A stretch of 64,000 nt of DNA from Candidatus Komeilibacteria bacterium (GCA_043801745.1 JAZDLR010000010.1:10509-74508), one strand, 5' to 3'. Numbered from the stretch's first letter, positions 27,592-38,509 are shown. The notes: generated by a model from the sequence alone, not told the origin. Made by a program: numbers and translations.

Positions 27592-28768
27592 GCATAGCTA
27601 AACCTATTGATGAAGCCATTTGCGGGGCAATACCGTCCAAAACAGGTTTGAGATCCAAAGGATATACTATCCGATCCCAAGGATTACCAATCACTGTCGG
27701 GATTTTAACTAAATCCTGTAAATAATTAGGTAAATTAGGTAGAAAAGCCGAGCCGCCCGCCAGAATCAACTTTTCTAATTTCAGCGTTCCCTGATTTAGA
27801 TATAAGTCATAAACATACTGAATCTCGTGGACAATCGGAGCCAAACTATCAGTAATCGTTTTCGGTATTCCCCGGTTACCGTCAGTCGACATAACACCGA
27901 AATCAATTTTAAATTGTTCGGCCCGTTCAAAAGCCACATTCAGACTATTCATGATAGCCTTAGTAATATTGTAGCCGCCAATATCCAGTCCCCGGTTGAG
28001 AATCGGCACGCCTTTTTCAATAATCACAATGTCAGTGGACAATGAACCAATGTCCACAATCATTGTCGGTGTCTCATCATTGCCAATTAAAGAACGTGAC
28101 AGGGCAAAAGCTTCAGTTTCCAAGGAAAGCAAATCTAACTTGACTGATTTAAAAATTTCCAAATACTTGGCCACTAATTGCTTGGGTGCCGCGGTCAGCA
28201 GCAGGCGGATATTTTCTTTTTCCGATTGCGCCACCTTGGCCATGGCTCGTTGCTGCTCACGGGTATCCTTGGCTTGTTCTTTGGCCAGCTCTTTTGCTTG
28301 CTCTTCCGGTGACAGCTCTTTTTTCTTTTTGCCAAAAAGAGAGCTGAGATCTTGGGACAACAAAGGATTACCCGAACCCAAAACATTGGCTTCGCTTTCG
28401 GCCAAAACCTTCCAGTCTAATATCATTTCCTCCAAGGGAAGGGGTATAAATTTCTTAGCTTCCCAACGTACGGCCGCTGCCAAATCCTTGCGTGACATCC
28501 GCGGTAAACTAATAATGGAGTTGAAAACAGCGAATGTCGGCAGGGCGGCAATGCAAACATTTGTGCTAACCTTAGCCTTTTTTACTAAGGCTTCCAGCAC
28601 TTTTGCCACTTTCTGAGTACTGGCCGGATTATTGCTCCGAACCAGATCCGTTTCCACTTCAGCAAAACCATAAGTAACTAAAGCCGGCTGGCCATTTTGA
28701 TTAGCCAGCTCGACAATTTTAATGCTTGAAGTTCCGATATCAACCCCTAAATAACTCTTCCTAGCCAT
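27581..28768 (-). CDS. pilM: Type IV pilus actin-like protein
   Basis: LGVDIGTSSIK, IVDIG, LAGGSA, IGLAMR. Confidence 0.97.
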   Translation of the reverse strand: MARKSYLGVDIGTSSIKIVELANQNGQPALVTYGFAEVETDLVRSNNPASTQKVAKVLEALVKKAKVSTNVCIAALPTFAVFNSIISLPRMSRKDLAAAVRWEAKKFIPLPLEEMILDWKVLAESEANVLGSGNPLLSQDLSSLFGKKKKELSPEEQAKELAKEQAKDTREQQRAMAKVAQSEKENIRLLLTAAPKQLVAKYLEIFKSVKLDLLSLETEAFALSRSLIGNDETPTMIVDIGSLSTDIVIIEKGVPILNRGLDIGGYNITKAIMNSLNVAFERAEQFKIDFGVMSTDGNRGIPKTITDSLAPIVHEIQYVYDLYLNQGTLKLEKLILAGGSAFLPNLPNYLQDLVKIPTVIGNPWDRIVYPLDLKPVLDGIAPQMASSIGLAMRDI

Positions 28769-28857
28769 GAAATAATATTAGCTGAAATTTGCCTTTATAA
28801 ACAAATACACAAGTGTAAAAACTTGTGTTTATTATACCATAAACAGATTGTGGACGG

Positions 28858-29031
28858 TAGGTAAGTAGAAGTCAGGAATTAGGAGTTAGGCGTTAGGTTC
28901 TTAGCAAGAGTCTATCTGACTACCACCTATCACCGCCTTTGGCGGGATCCCGCCTTCATTAGAATCGACAAACTGTGGCGGGACAACCTATTTCCTAATG
29001 CCTCGCCCACAGGGCGACCGCCCTGTGGGCG
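28858..29031. repeat. Composite intergenic repeat region: heptamer arrays plus GC-rich hairpins
   Basis: gaattag gagttag gcgttag gttcttag; ccgcctttggcgggatcccgcc..ggcgggac; cgcccacagggc-gacc-gccctgtgggcg. Confidence 0.65.
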
Positions 29032-29042
29032 GTAAAACCTGA

Positions 29043-31133
29043 TTAAAAGCCGAAACTAAACCGCGGCAACGACTTACTGAAATCTGTCATTCCGGCCGGC
29101 GGGTTAGCCTGTAAACGGCCGTCAGCGATAAATATTTCCGCCGGTTCGTTCTTCAGGGCGCCGGAATAACTGCGCTGCAAATTGAATTGCTTGGCAACAA
29201 CATTGCCGTAGATTGAAAGTTGGCGTGGCGTTGACCGGTCATTACCGGTACTGAAACGTCCGCAACCACCGGACGCCGGCGGATTTAAAGCATCAGTAAT
29301 CGCCGGACAAGAACTGTGATCTATCTTACTACCCAAAACAATGAAAGTACCGGCCAAATTTGTTACACCAGGATCAATAGTAACATCGCCCATAACTATC
29401 CAAACCAGGGAGGGAATATGTTGAGTCCGGGTTAATCCCGTCGTTCCGGAGTGATAGATAACATCTCTATTAATTGTCAGATCACCAGCAACATAGATGA
29501 TGCCCGCTCCGGATTCGTTCGTGCTGCCATTATAGACACTAAAAGGATGATTGATAATCAAATCAGAAGCCGCGTAATAAACTTTGTTTTTCAAAACAAG
29601 CTGAAGATTGTCAACAAAATCAGAGCTTTCAATCTCCTCAATCGGAGCCGCGTATTTATTAATCTTCTGCGTTGCTGATCCAACATTTTTACTAATGCCG
29701 CCCCAATCAATAATACCAATGGTACTAGTTGACTGGCTAGTATTCGGATCATAGCCCAAGAAACTGGGGGCGTTGGGCAGAAACTCCCGCTCCAAAGTTG
29801 GACCTCCTGATGACGACCAGCGGGTAATCCTACCCTTAGCATCAATCAGATAAGTGGCATTAGACTGTCCTTCGGGTGGCGTTAAATAAGATAAAATATT
29901 ATTTTCTGAATAAACACTCCCGCGCTGCGCTTGCGTAAAGGGCGTAGCCGACCCGTAGACAACAGGATTAAAAGCAATCCAACCAAAACCTGAAAGCGTG
30001 CCGGAATTATCCCAGGCATTATAGCCCCAACCGCACAGTTCAGCTGCTGACTTGGTGTAATTACACTTATTACCAGGGCCACATTGCCCGTCATTGACGC
30101 AATAAGTGGCATCCGAGTTACAACTGGGATAATAATTTACCACCACACCGCCCCGTCGGTAACAGGTGCAGGAGCTGGCCTTACAACGATTAGCCGTGCT
30201 GGTGCATGATCCGCCGTAAACAGTAGTCTGACATTGAGTACAATTAACGCATAAAATATTAGGATTGGGCGCCAAGGTAGCATCATTATATCCATCATTG
30301 ACCAAATAGCAGCCCTTACAAGCATTATTGTAGCCAGAAGTTCCTGACCAACAACCAAAACAGCCAGACACTTCGGCATTACTCGGTAGAGAAACTACAG
30401 CGGCACTACTAGTAAAATCCGCCGGAAAACCAATATAAGCCCGGCTTTGATCGTCATCTTGTGATAAGTTAAGAACCGCGGCCCGGGCATCTTTTTGCGC
30501 GTCGCTATTAACAATAGTATCCGCATCGCCAGTAGCAGGATTGATGCTGCTTTTTAAATAATAAACTTGCGTTCCGCTAATTTGTTCAATTTTTACTCCC
30601 AACGGATTTAATTTACCGCAAATTTTGTCATAAGTTTCTACCGCAGTAGCAGTAGGACAAACTACTGTCACATCAGTTGTTGTATCAGGACTTTTAGCAA
30701 TTTCCTGACTAAAACAAACCCAACCATAGATGCCTGACCAGGCACAACCTTGAAGATAATCATTAACTCCGTCCAAGGTTAGTTCATTACTGCTATTAAC
30801 CCGGTTTTTGGTATTAGTGCCGTTAATGTTTACTGTTAAACCGTAATTATATTTTGTCGACCCTTCGGGAGTTCCGTCATTAACTCCGCACTGAGATTCC
30901 AGTACGCCATTATTATCAAAATCATTAAGACAGTTAGTGCTTAACCAACCCAAACCATAAAGTTCACCCTGGTTGCCCGAAGTAGTATCTCTCTGACCAC
31001 TCCAAGCCCATTTATGCACCACATCGGCTGAAGTGGCCCAAACTTGAGGTAAGAAGCGCCAGGTTAGACCCAAGACTACAACGATAATAGCCAAAGTGCT
31101 AAATAATTTGGAATGTCGCGACATTAGGTGCAT
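29043..31133 (-). CDS. Secreted Cys-rich surface protein with WAWS..GW repeats
   Basis: N-terminal hydrophobic segment; three (W/C)AWS/GWGY...GW(L/V/I) units; Cys-rich middle; C-terminal beta-helix-like IYVAGDLTI/IVMGDVTI. Confidence 0.8.
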   Translation of the reverse strand: MHLMSRHSKLFSTLAIIVVVLGLTWRFLPQVWATSADVVHKWAWSGQRDTTSGNQGELYGLGWLSTNCLNDFDNNGVLESQCGVNDGTPEGSTKYNYGLTVNINGTNTKNRVNSSNELTLDGVNDYLQGCAWSGIYGWVCFSQEIAKSPDTTTDVTVVCPTATAVETYDKICGKLNPLGVKIEQISGTQVYYLKSSINPATGDADTIVNSDAQKDARAAVLNLSQDDDQSRAYIGFPADFTSSAAVVSLPSNAEVSGCFGCWSGTSGYNNACKGCYLVNDGYNDATLAPNPNILCVNCTQCQTTVYGGSCTSTANRCKASSCTCYRRGGVVVNYYPSCNSDATYCVNDGQCGPGNKCNYTKSAAELCGWGYNAWDNSGTLSGFGWIAFNPVVYGSATPFTQAQRGSVYSENNILSYLTPPEGQSNATYLIDAKGRITRWSSSGGPTLEREFLPNAPSFLGYDPNTSQSTSTIGIIDWGGISKNVGSATQKINKYAAPIEEIESSDFVDNLQLVLKNKVYYAASDLIINHPFSVYNGSTNESGAGIIYVAGDLTINRDVIYHSGTTGLTRTQHIPSLVWIVMGDVTIDPGVTNLAGTFIVLGSKIDHSSCPAITDALNPPASGGCGRFSTGNDRSTPRQLSIYGNVVAKQFNLQRSYSGALKNEPAEIFIADGRLQANPPAGMTDFSKSLPRFSFGF

Positions 31134-32671
31134 ACTCCGTCCGCCTTACAGGCATTAATAATCTGCAGCAAATCAGCTTCATTCAGACGTATACCGTTAA
31201 TTAGTAAACCGTTAGTACTAACACCGACAGAACCATTAATTACAGCCCCGGGATTGGCCACTGTAACATTAGTACTGACATACAGTTCATTACCCAGATA
31301 ACTATTGCCGGCCACCGTGACAGAGTTGGCCCGCAAATTACCAATAGTTGCCTGTGTTACACGGGTAGCGCCGGCTACATCCAGCACATATTGCGGCGAG
31401 GCCGTGCCAATGCCGACATTAGATAACCACTGACTTCCGGACAAATAATTATTAAAATAAATATTATAGTCATTATTTTTCTGCCAATGATCACTATTGC
31501 CGACCGACTTACTCCAGCCGCAATCAGTACTATTGGCAGTGCATAATTTTTTATCACCCCAATATAAGTCGTCACTGGCCGGCAGCAAGGAGCTAAACGC
31601 TAAAGTATTCTCCTCTTTGGCCAGCTGGACTCTAGCCGCGTACTGGCCGGCGACTTGACCCGTTACTTGCAGCTGGCCGGAAATACGCGCCGCCCAACCC
31701 GAGGTGCTGGCTGCGATTAACCCCGGAGCTTCAGCTGCTCCCAGATGATTAGCGTAGATACCGGTTGTGCCCGGCTTATCCGACAAAGTTTTTCCATTAA
31801 GAGCCGAGGTCACGCCGCGGGAGCCGCTACCGTTATTGGTCACGCGGGTTCCGGCATCAATACCGGTATGCATGGTGGCTACGGCTGATTCGTTAGCTAA
31901 AGCGGAAGAAGCGCCGATAATGCGGTTAGACTGTAAATTCAGATTCATCAGGCCTTGGTGTGGATTAACCAAACCCAGATTATCATGCACCGTATAACCG
32001 GTACTGCCAAAACCGCAACGACCGGAACTATCTGGACTGCATAACAAAGCCTGACCAAAATATAATTTACTATTTAAGCCACTGGCTGATGCCGTTGCTA
32101 AACGGTCCAAAGAATTAGCTCCAATTTGCAGGTGAGCCGTACTGGACATTGAAGCGTCAAGCAGTGTCAAACGACTGGAAATAATACCGCTGACTAATCC
32201 CTCCGGTACAGTATCTCCACCTGGCGAGTCAACCCACAGGCCATATCCTGAAGCAGCTGCTCCGCGGGAAAAGGCTCCCAAAGCCGGCTTGACAGTTGAT
32301 TGGCTGCGGACAGATACGGCAATACCATTTTCAGCGCTGACCTGTGCGCCTGGACTCTTAGACTCTTTGGAGCTTTCCGCCTCTAAAGCTGGTTTAGACT
32401 CGCCGTTATTACCAATAGATGTGATCGGCCACTGATCCATATTCAGATTATAACGCGCTTTATGCGACCAGAGAGCGCAACCAGTAACATCATTAATACA
32501 CAGTTGACCCGTGCCTCCTAAATTATCACCCATCAGGACGATCGGTGGAATAATTTGATCCGGCGGCTTAGAATCAGCCGCTCTCCAGGTCTGCGCTTCC
32601 AGCAACTGAATACTGGCTGCTGTTAGAGCCAGCGCTAGAGATAGTCCAATAATAGTTCGTAATTTAAACAT
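31124..32671 (-). CDS. Secreted fibre-like protein (paralogue 3)
   Basis: Signal peptide; DNLG..H and LYWGDK.LC..CGW modules; NVGIGTASP..LDV. Confidence 0.8.
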   Translation of the reverse strand: MFKLRTIIGLSLALALTAASIQLLEAQTWRAADSKPPDQIIPPIVLMGDNLGGTGQLCINDVTGCALWSHKARYNLNMDQWPITSIGNNGESKPALEAESSKESKSPGAQVSAENGIAVSVRSQSTVKPALGAFSRGAAASGYGLWVDSPGGDTVPEGLVSGIISSRLTLLDASMSSTAHLQIGANSLDRLATASASGLNSKLYFGQALLCSPDSSGRCGFGSTGYTVHDNLGLVNPHQGLMNLNLQSNRIIGASSALANESAVATMHTGIDAGTRVTNNGSGSRGVTSALNGKTLSDKPGTTGIYANHLGAAEAPGLIAASTSGWAARISGQLQVTGQVAGQYAARVQLAKEENTLAFSSLLPASDDLYWGDKKLCTANSTDCGWSKSVGNSDHWQKNNDYNIYFNNYLSGSQWLSNVGIGTASPQYVLDVAGATRVTQATIGNLRANSVTVAGNSYLGNELYVSTNVTVANPGAVINGSVGVSTNGLLINGIRLNEADLLQIINACKADGVCT

Positions 32672-32672
32672 A

Positions 32673-35600
32673 CTAGTGGTTTATCAGCCAATCGATCAAT
32701 TGTACTAAGGTAGTGTTAGTCAGGGTGGTACTGCCGATTTTGATAGAACCGCCGACAATTAACGGACCGCCGGTAACAGTCAAATTACCGCCCACGACCA
32801 AGCCGCTGGAAGAATATAAATTACCCGCGCTAAATTGTCCGCTGATAGCCGCGCTGTCAATAGCCGCCGAACCAGCTGCTAAAGTCTGTAACCGGGCGCT
32901 GGGTAAGCGGATCGTAACCAGACTGTCATATAAAGAACTTTGAAAGGTATAGGCATAATTACCGCTGACAGCTATATTGTCGCCGACAAACTGCGCCAGA
33001 AAAAATAGCGAAGCCGGACCAACTTCCGGAATACTGCTTGACGGATCTTCAACGGAAAATATCTTCATTCGGGCAGAGTCAGTAACATACAAATAATTTC
33101 CCACTAAAACCATATTTTTGGCTTGCGATAAACCGGCTGATGTCTTGATTAGTGTTGGGCTGGCCGGATTGGATACATCTAAAGCATAAATTGCGCTATC
33201 AAAGAGGACATAGGCGATTTTATCTCTAACAATAACTTTCGTAGCTTGATGGGAACTAACAGTATAGCTGCCGGATAACGTCAGGCCAGCCGGGTTACTA
33301 ATATCAACAATACGGAAACCGGAACTATCGCGCGCAACGTAAGCATACTTACCCTGAATAAAAAGATCTTTTCCTCCTTGCGCAATACTGCTAATAGCTA
33401 GTGGATTATCAGGCCGGGAAATATCAAATGAGTACAATCCGCTACTGGTTAATACATAGAGAATAGATCCGGAAGCAATGGTCTTAACCACACCGTAAGC
33501 CGAGGCACCAACCGTAACTGTCCGCACAAATTGCGGACTAGCAGGATTAGTGACATTAATGACATCTAGGGCGGTCGTGCCATTGGCGGAATAAGCATAG
33601 TGTCCATAAACTCCTAAGCCCGTCCCACCCTGGGAGTTAACTGTCTTACCAACTAACGACGGCTGTGCCGGATTAGCTAAACTGTAAACTAATAAATTTC
33701 CAGCGCCTCCTTGATGAGCGCTAACATAAAGATAAGTATCATCCACAAATACCGAATTAGCATTGACGATTAATTGACCGTCAGTAATCGCAATATCAGA
33801 GGTAGTATCTACCAGCAGATCTAATTTCTGCCGCGGCTTAGCTGACTGCCCACCAAGACTGACCAGATAATCCGCGTAAGTATCATTACCCACTGCCTGC
33901 CAAAAACTACTGGCAATCGAACCGCCAATAGCCCAGCCGCAGTTAGCCTGAGTCGCGTCACATAATAACTTATCACCCCAATATAAATTATTAGAAGCCG
34001 TACTCGTAGCCTTTTGCAGTGATAAACGGTTTTCGTCCGAATTCAGTATCAATTGAGCCGGCACATTAACATCACGGTCATCAATAATTTGTGTCTTACC
34101 AAATAATCTGGCTCCAGGACCGGCAACAGAATTGGCATTAATGCCATAACCCAAGCCAGCACCATAACCCAGCGCGGCTGTGGGCTGAGCGAAAGTTAAA
34201 GCTAAAGCACTGGACGGAGAAATTAAAGCTCCGCGGTAATAAGCTGCCCGCTCACCGACTATGAAAGCATCCCAATTACTAGTTGTTGAATTCCAAACGT
34301 ATGATGTTCCATCGGAATTATTAATATAAATCTTACCATCGAAGTAATAAACATCTGTTATCCCGTGAGGAGGACCACTACCAGCCCCAGAACCAACAAG
34401 GGTCCAATTAGTACCATCATATTTCCATAGTCCGGAATCATCACTGCCAACATAAAGATCGTCACCAACAAATGTCCAACCAGTATCATAATTACCACCC
34501 GAACCAACACCACCAATATTATAACCACCAGTTATATTCACCAGCGTACTGCCATTAAAAGTATAGAATTTCAAGTTCCCGCCAGTCCCATTTCTTTCTG
34601 CCAGAATATATAGCTTATCGCCATGAGCCAATAATTTACTCTGACCATTGCAATCATCCTGACTACCTACTATCAATTCGCGTTTCCAAACAGTGCCGTC
34701 ATAACTTAATAATCGACAATATCTTGAAGCTGAGGAGTCACCAAAACTTAGGGCAAATAATTTATTGCGGTAAACCTCAAGAGAAGCAATATGATTAAAA
34801 TCAATTTCCTGCATTGGGCTGGTACTATCAAGCGTCAGCTGACTATAGGTTAAACAATTATAATTTGCCCCGTCATAAATCAACAAACGGGACGGGGAAT
34901 TCCAATAATAATCGCTTAACGTGTCATATAGCATATTTTTAAATGTTGCCAGACTTCTGGACACATAATCGGCACACGAACCGGCCAAATTGATTTCTTT
35001 GGTAAAATATTGGCTTCCTGGCGACAAGGTACTGGTATAAGGTGTCAAGCCGGAATGACTCACCAGAAAATTATCGTTCCGACCCGGAACATCAGCTATT
35101 CTTGACCCCCAGAATACGCGATCTTTAAATACAACAGGGCTACTAAAAGAAACGTTAATTATAGGAAAGGCAGGAACACCACTCAATCTACTTAAACTAA
35201 TATCCTGTATAGCTGTGTTCCAAGGAATAGTTGTCTGGGCGTAGACTCCGAAATAGTTCTCTGCTCCGCTGCTAAAAGCTGCCGGCACGGCGGCCGAACT
35301 ACCGGCAAATTTATTGGTTGCCGCTAAACTGCTGATTTTCCGCACACCAGTCGCCACCCCGTTGTTATTAGTCACATCATTAGAAACATTGATAATGCGG
35401 AAATTTACGCCGCTATTCTGCATATTCAAATCAAATCGGGCTTTATGGTCACCCAGATTATCGCCCGTACCAACCGAATACCAGCCGCAATTTAACTTGG
35501 TAGTGTCACACAATAAATTATTGCCCCAAAAAAGATGATTACCGGCCTGCACCACACCGGTTGGCTGCCAACCAGCATAAAGCAGATTATTACTGCCGGG

Positions 35601-36068
35601 AAATTCTATAACCGCTTTCTTGCCCGCCAGCTGCATATATTGTCCGAAATAGGCCGCCAAATTACTGGTAGAACTAGCGTATAAGGCATACCCGCCCGTC
35701 ACAGTATTGGTATTTTTTACCTCCACCGTTGGCAAAATGGCGGAACTACTGGTAGCACTAATACCATTGGCATTACCGCGCGCAATAATACTGCCGGCAA
35801 TTGCCGAGCCAGTGCTGTTCGCAACCAGAGCCGTAGGATAATCGTCGTTGCGGACACCAATATTATTAATATACTTCTCATTCATATCTACGTTCTGCCG
35901 CGCATGGTGGTCGCCTAAACCATCAGCGCCACGGGAGCCAATAATCTGAACATTGCCGTTATCTGGAGGTAAAGTCCTTGGTCCTTGCCAGTTGCCGGCC
36001 AAAGTAAAACCAACACCACCGATAAAGAGGGCCAACAATACGCTGATGGTAATTAACCAGTGTTTCAT
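32673..36068 (-). CDS. Secreted fibre-like protein with beta-propeller/LVIVD repeats (paralogue 2)
   Basis: Signal peptide; three-module repeats; YAYV..IVDISNP LVIVD-type repeats. Confidence 0.85.
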   Translation of the reverse strand: MKHWLITISVLLALFIGGVGFTLAGNWQGPRTLPPDNGNVQIIGSRGADGLGDHHARQNVDMNEKYINNIGVRNDDYPTALVANSTGSAIAGSIIARGNANGISATSSSAILPTVEVKNTNTVTGGYALYASSTSNLAAYFGQYMQLAGKKAVIEFPGSNNLLYAGWQPTGVVQAGNHLFWGNNLLCDTTKLNCGWYSVGTGDNLGDHKARFDLNMQNSGVNFRIINVSNDVTNNNGVATGVRKISSLAATNKFAGSSAAVPAAFSSGAENYFGVYAQTTIPWNTAIQDISLSRLSGVPAFPIINVSFSSPVVFKDRVFWGSRIADVPGRNDNFLVSHSGLTPYTSTLSPGSQYFTKEINLAGSCADYVSRSLATFKNMLYDTLSDYYWNSPSRLLIYDGANYNCLTYSQLTLDSTSPMQEIDFNHIASLEVYRNKLFALSFGDSSASRYCRLLSYDGTVWKRELIVGSQDDCNGQSKLLAHGDKLYILAERNGTGGNLKFYTFNGSTLVNITGGYNIGGVGSGGNYDTGWTFVGDDLYVGSDDSGLWKYDGTNWTLVGSGAGSGPPHGITDVYYFDGKIYINNSDGTSYVWNSTTSNWDAFIVGERAAYYRGALISPSSALALTFAQPTAALGYGAGLGYGINANSVAGPGARLFGKTQIIDDRDVNVPAQLILNSDENRLSLQKATSTASNNLYWGDKLLCDATQANCGWAIGGSIASSFWQAVGNDTYADYLVSLGGQSAKPRQKLDLLVDTTSDIAITDGQLIVNANSVFVDDTYLYVSAHQGGAGNLLVYSLANPAQPSLVGKTVNSQGGTGLGVYGHYAYSANGTTALDVINVTNPASPQFVRTVTVGASAYGVVKTIASGSILYVLTSSGLYSFDISRPDNPLAISSIAQGGKDLFIQGKYAYVARDSSGFRIVDISNPAGLTLSGSYTVSSHQATKVIVRDKIAYVLFDSAIYALDVSNPASPTLIKTSAGLSQAKNMVLVGNYLYVTDSARMKIFSVEDPSSSIPEVGPASLFFLAQFVGDNIAVSGNYAYTFQSSLYDSLVTIRLPSARLQTLAAGSAAIDSAAISGQFSAGNLYSSSGLVVGGNLTVTGGPLIVGGSIKIGSTTLTNTTLVQLIDWLINH

Positions 36069-38509
36069 AAGCCGGCTTTTGTCCTTAATCCGTTTAAAGT
36101 TGTCTGATCCAAAACCGTGCCCCCCAGAACCACCCCTTGATTACCAGTAGTTATTGTTCCAGAAATTTGCGCCGTCAAACCAATTTGTAGACTATTGGCT
36201 GTCAGTGAATGAGCTTGCAGCGATAAGGCCGTGCTTAATTGGTCAAAGACCGCGTCAGTAAGGCTAACGCTGGGTAAGCGCATTCCTTGAAAACTAAATG
36301 TCCGCAAATTATAAGGATAAATTCTACGATCGAAAACGTAAAAATTTGTCCCGTTAACCACCAGGGCAGAGGTAATGGGAACCGGGTCAGTCACAACACC
36401 CTGATAAAAGGGGTCAATGGCGTCAATATTAATAATATTTGGAGCTGCCGGATTAGCTACATCAAACATTATGACATTAGCGGTGAAAGGATCTCCTCCC
36501 CAAACGTAATCCAGCTGTGCCCCGACAAAGGCGTAGCCATCATAGGCAACCAAACTTGACGGCACCATAGTAGAATTAAACGTTTGGCTACTGCTGCCGG
36601 CTGACGAACGGGTACCTAAATTGACAATATAAAGACGCGTACCAGCAGCGTAAACCTTATCGCCAACAACGGCCGCGGTGCTAACATATTCTCCGCTTGG
36701 TGGTTGCCATTTTCCGTTCAGGCTAGGCAACGATGGATTACCAATATTATAGAATATTAATCCATTCACACGGTTTTTATCCACCACGATTAAATTATTT
36801 CCCTGTAATATTAACTGTCGCGGCTGCGACATGGTTCCCACATTAGTAACCAACTGTGGCGAACTGGGATTAGCAATATCTATCACAGCCAAAGCATTAT
36901 TAGAAACCAGATAAGCATACCGACCACGAACTACCACATCAGTAGGGAAATCGTCAGTGGGAGAACTGCCAGTAGAAAAACTATTACTGACCAAGGTTGG
37001 GGCTGTTGGTTTAGAAATATCATAAATCGTCAAGTCGGCATTAGAACCGTTCCTAGTAGCGATATAAACATAAGATCCACTAAGGGCAATACCCCACCCC
37101 TGGACTGTACCTCCCAATGAAGTCCAGCTGACTGTTTTCGGTTTGGCCGGATTACTGACATCAATAATGCGCAGTTCTCCACGGGTCGTACCCGAACTGG
37201 CTGATCCCACAACGTACAATAATCCGCCGCGCAAAACCGCGTCATTAGGTGCTGTTTTAAAATCGGTAAAAGGCGTGGTTAGGAGAGGATAGGGAGCAGT
37301 GTCCTGATCAAGAAAACTATGACCAATATCTAAAGTATAACTGGCAGAAGTCCGGCCCAATAATACTTTGCCAACCCCTAAATTAGGATTATTAATACCC
37401 CAAGCATTATCTAGCCAATAAGAAGCATTACCAACTAGAGTTGACCAACCGCAATTTGCCTTGGTGCCATCACAAACCAGCTTATCGCCCCAATACAGAC
37501 TGGTGACGGCACTAGCAGTTTGCGCCGAGGTAGACAATTTATCATAAGACCCCTCATTAAACTGAATGGCCGGAGGAACCGCAGGTACGGCGCTATCAGC
37601 CAAAATCTGCAGCGGCGTACTAACAGTCATGCCTCGGCCCAACCAAGAAGCGCCGCTAACAGCTGGAGCGCTAGCGCTGGAATAGGCATATAGTCCCGCA
37701 GAATTATCCGGATCAGTACCATTACTGTAGGCAAAGACTCCATAACCGTCGTCAGCTATGGCCTCAATAGTTGAAGTTGCGGCGTTGGCTGAAACCATCA
37801 GCGCTCCACTGCCAAGATCAGTACTGGCCGATCCAATATTGTAAATCCGTTTGCTATCCATATTAAGGGTAGCGGTAGCCTGGTGATTTCCCAAACCATC
37901 ACCGGTAGCGCCGGTCGGAACCCAACCACAAGTAGGATTGGAGGAATCACACAGTAACTTATTACCCCAATATAATTTCACAGTTGACACGTCATTACCC
38001 GGAACTAAAGACAGCCGATTAGATAAAGAGTTGCCCAGGATATAACCCTTGGCCGCTACTACGGTGCCAGATAATTTAGCGCCCAGACCATTGGCTACGG
38101 TGGTAGTTGCCAGTAGAGCCGGTCCGCCACCAATATTGACAGCTTTTAAACCGCTATGTCCGTTGCTATCAGAGTAAGTCGCGGTCCATAAACCATAAGA
38201 TAATTCGCCGGTCAAAGACATTCCAACGCCGTTCTTACCATTAATAGTCAAGGCCGGATTCCCGGAATCACCACGGATATTATATAACCGATATTTCACG
38301 CTACTGAATTCCAAAGACAGAGGCATTCCGGCTTGATGCGGATTAACATAACCCATCTGATCACCGGAGGAAGAAGACGGAGTTGACAGGGTGGTATTAT
38401 CCGGCGCCGGACTGGGTGATATGGTCCAAGTTTGAGCGCTAACCACAAACCAACCACCAACAACAGTGATGGTTACAATGAGTGAAATCAGAAAAAATAT
38501 TTTCCGCAT
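36065..38509 (-). CDS. Secreted fibre-like protein with LVIVD repeats (paralogue 1)
   Basis: Signal peptide; LYWG.KL.CD..CGW twice; IIDVSNP/VIDIANP repeats. Confidence 0.85.
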   Translation of the reverse strand: MRKIFFLISLIVTITVVGGWFVVSAQTWTISPSPAPDNTTLSTPSSSSGDQMGYVNPHQAGMPLSLEFSSVKYRLYNIRGDSGNPALTINGKNGVGMSLTGELSYGLWTATYSDSNGHSGLKAVNIGGGPALLATTTVANGLGAKLSGTVVAAKGYILGNSLSNRLSLVPGNDVSTVKLYWGNKLLCDSSNPTCGWVPTGATGDGLGNHQATATLNMDSKRIYNIGSASTDLGSGALMVSANAATSTIEAIADDGYGVFAYSNGTDPDNSAGLYAYSSASAPAVSGASWLGRGMTVSTPLQILADSAVPAVPPAIQFNEGSYDKLSTSAQTASAVTSLYWGDKLVCDGTKANCGWSTLVGNASYWLDNAWGINNPNLGVGKVLLGRTSASYTLDIGHSFLDQDTAPYPLLTTPFTDFKTAPNDAVLRGGLLYVVGSASSGTTRGELRIIDVSNPAKPKTVSWTSLGGTVQGWGIALSGSYVYIATRNGSNADLTIYDISKPTAPTLVSNSFSTGSSPTDDFPTDVVVRGRYAYLVSNNALAVIDIANPSSPQLVTNVGTMSQPRQLILQGNNLIVVDKNRVNGLIFYNIGNPSLPSLNGKWQPPSGEYVSTAAVVGDKVYAAGTRLYIVNLGTRSSAGSSSQTFNSTMVPSSLVAYDGYAFVGAQLDYVWGGDPFTANVIMFDVANPAAPNIINIDAIDPFYQGVVTDPVPITSALVVNGTNFYVFDRRIYPYNLRTFSFQGMRLPSVSLTDAVFDQLSTALSLQAHSLTANSLQIGLTAQISGTITTGNQGVVLGGTVLDQTTLNGLRTKAGL

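Noticed and set aside
26828-28616. Antisense ORFs (26828-27100, 27996-28616; likewise 52802-53293 and other short overlapping ORFs)
   Set aside because: Shadow frames of well-supported genes on the opposite strand, with no motifs or initiation signals.
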